DNA of 62,313 bases, from IMG/VR virus record IMGVR_UViG_3300025261_000001; one strand, given 5' to 3'. This stretch comes from a virus. Of this stretch, positions 61,128 through 62,313 are shown in pieces; the stretch's first letter is position 1, and every line of letters begins with the position of its first letter. The position numbers and the translations under genes are program-made. The notes below the pieces were generated by a model, which saw only the letters and a program-made list of their open reading frames with translations, ran no database searches and had not been told where the DNA came from.

Positions 61128-61387
61128 GTCGTCTCACCAAGATTCATTTCCATCTGTACTTGGTTTGCGCGGTCAACGTCCTCGCGCAAGTAGATCGTAT
61201 TGACCGTAGTGATATCGCACGGACCCTTAACGTCGAAATGCGTAATAAGAATCCTTGAAGTATGTACGTACGGCTGATCCCCTAGCCGTGGATGCCCTTT
61301 AATTCCGCCAAGGTTCGCGAACCAACTACCGTCCTCAAACCTCTCGAAACCCTGAAACTCCTTGAAGGTTACAATAGGGCGGTTCAT
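61124..61387 (-). CDS. Hypothetical protein
   Basis: 87 aa, ATGA coupling. Confidence 0.6.
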   Translation of the reverse strand: MNRPIVTFKEFQGFERFEDGSWFANLGGIKGHPRLGDQPYVHTSRILITHFDVKGPCDITTVNTIYLREDVDRANQVQMEMNLGETT

Positions 61388-61716
61388 GCTACCACCCTAT
61401 CAAAGCCGTAGCCCTTGAAGTAATCGACGTATTCCCGGACAAGTGCATCGACCCCTTTATCTCCGCTCTTATGTTCTTCGACCAGCCCATCAGTCTCTTG
61501 GTATTCCACGAAACCTGATTCGACGTAGCTGTATGTCGGTGGACCTAGTGTTACTTCGTATTCTTCGGTATTGCTGTCGTCGTTGTGCGGAATGCGCAAC
61601 GTCAGACCTTCGGTCGGTTGAAACGGTAAAGTCCGTATGGACTTAAATATTAGGTCTTCCCCCTTCGGCGTCTTCACTGTGATATGTATAAGTAGCCGGA
61701 AGTAATTTGGACTCAT
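61384..61716 (-). CDS. Hypothetical protein
   Basis: Start at ATG 61716 (MSPNYFRLL...), overlapping the upstream stop (ATGA). Confidence 0.6.
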   Translation of the reverse strand: MSPNYFRLLIHITVKTPKGEDLIFKSIRTLPFQPTEGLTLRIPHNDDSNTEEYEVTLGPPTYSYVESGFVEYQETDGLVEEHKSGDKGVDALVREYVDYFKGYGFDRVVA

Positions 61717-61925
61717 ACGCGCACCCCTATATCGGCCCATGCGAGAATGTCGCGGGCCTCCCTGAGCGTTGGTAGGTAGCTGCCTTGAACAAGGCTGACT
61801 AGGACGGATTGCGCCATGTACCTAATGCGGTTCTCCATGGCCTGACCCGAGTTAACAAGGCGGCAATGGTTAGGTACGGCGATTGGGCGGACTTGCGGAT
61901 CGAAATTCACTGAACTAACCTCCAT
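61713..61925 (-). CDS. Hypothetical protein
   Basis: 70 aa, no clear SD. Confidence 0.5.
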   Translation of the reverse strand: MEVSSVNFDPQVRPIAVPNHCRLVNSGQAMENRIRYMAQSVLVSLVQGSYLPTLREARDILAWADIGVRV

Positions 61926-61937
61926 GCTAGTACACAG

Positions 61938-62111
61938 TTACGGGCCGGTATAAGGTACCTGAACCCCGTTGATTGTCACCGTCCTAGGCTTTTGAATCTC
62001 CTGCAACTGCATCACGCGGTTGTTGGGCCGCTTGTCCAGTTGGTACATCTGCTTGCGCAACTTTTTCGGAACGTCACGAAAAAGGTTTACTGTGGTTTTC
62101 TTCACGCGCAC
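61938..62111 (-). CDS. Small basic hypothetical protein (57 aa, GTG start, below ORF-track cut-off)
   Basis: GGGAG lies 6 nt upstream of GTG 62111. Peptide (M)RVKKTTVNLFRDVPKKLRKQMYQLDKRPNNRVMQLQEIQKPRTVTINGVQVPYTGP. Confidence 0.4.
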   Translation of the reverse strand: MRVKKTTVNLFRDVPKKLRKQMYQLDKRPNNRVMQLQEIQKPRTVTINGVQVPYTGP

Positions 62112-62130
62112 AACTTACTCCCTATTGTGG

Positions 62131-62313
62131 TTAAGCACCATCTTCCCCTTCCGGGAAAGGTATAAACGAAGGCGGTACGCCCGCCCCCGGTAAACTGATC
62201 GGCGTGATAACGATGGACCCGCCGTGCGTGATATCGATCATAACATCAACCGCATCACCTTGCCAACCCAGGGTTTGAATCAGGTTGCTATTGCCAGCGT
62301 TGTCTAGCTGCGC
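62131..62313 (-). CDS. Hypothetical protein, 3' portion of the 78-aa gene split by the linearisation point
   Basis: Same frame as 1..181 once the 127-nt overlap is collapsed. Stop TAA at 62133..62131. Confidence 0.5.
   Translation of the reverse strand, partial: AQLDNAGNSNLIQTLGWQGDAVDVMIDITHGGSIVITPISLPGAGVPPSFIPFPEGEDGA
62187..62313. repeat. Terminal direct repeat, copy B (identical to 1..127)
   Basis: Exact 127-nt identity with the window start. Confidence 0.95.

Noticed and set aside
1-62313. Temperate lifestyle or prophage features.
   Set aside because: I recognised no integrase, excisionase, CI/Cro-type switch or att-like repeat. The terminal repeat is better explained by circular assembly.

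Overview
The window is a complete tailed dsDNA phage genome. The first 127 nt are identical to the last 127 nt (1..127 = 62187..62313), so the unique length is 62,186 bp. This fits a circular or circularly permuted assembly, and one small gene is split by the linearisation point.

The genome has two arms:
- A rightward late arm (12752..44561, + strand). It carries small and large terminase, a lysis cassette (SLT-type endolysin, holin, overlapped i-/o-spanins), portal, scaffold, major capsid, about 20 tail, fibre and ejection genes, a virion SLT transglycosylase and a 2447-aa giant protein.
- A leftward early/replication arm (- strand, 12304 down to 1, continuing through the junction from 62313 down to 44634). 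It carries a prim-pol/SF3 helicase, a family A DNA polymerase, a DEDDh exonuclease, an ATP-dependent ligase, an SNF2 helicase, a VRR-NUC nuclease, a Cas4-like nuclease, a DUF2493/SLOG protein, an SSB-like protein, an HNH endonuclease, a CsrA homologue, tRNA-Leu(UAA), tRNA-Thr(UGU), and an accessory block with an AAA+ (MoxR/AAA_5-like) ATPase, a putative amidoligase, a DUF3846 protein and an SprT-like protease.

The arms diverge at 12305..12751 and converge on a hairpin terminator at 44571..44597. The two-component spanin with a lipobox implies a Gram-negative host. I recognised no integrase, repressor module, RNA polymerase, tape measure, tail tube or sheath. A lytic, podovirus-like phage is therefore an inference only.

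Most worth a second look:
- An 812-bp gene-free island full of iterons (11274..12085).
- A 278-nt spacer made of three long, partly mutually exclusive hairpins (761..1038).
- The phage CsrA gene overlapped by an HNH/tRNA cassette.
- The AAA/amidoligase accessory cluster.
- Four receptor-binding-type proteins that share one N-terminal anchor module.
- The giant HExxH-bearing virion protein.
- A chain of translationally coupled micro-ORFs, several encoding single-TM peptides, inside the replication module.

All domain calls come from motif recognition by eye. No database search was run.
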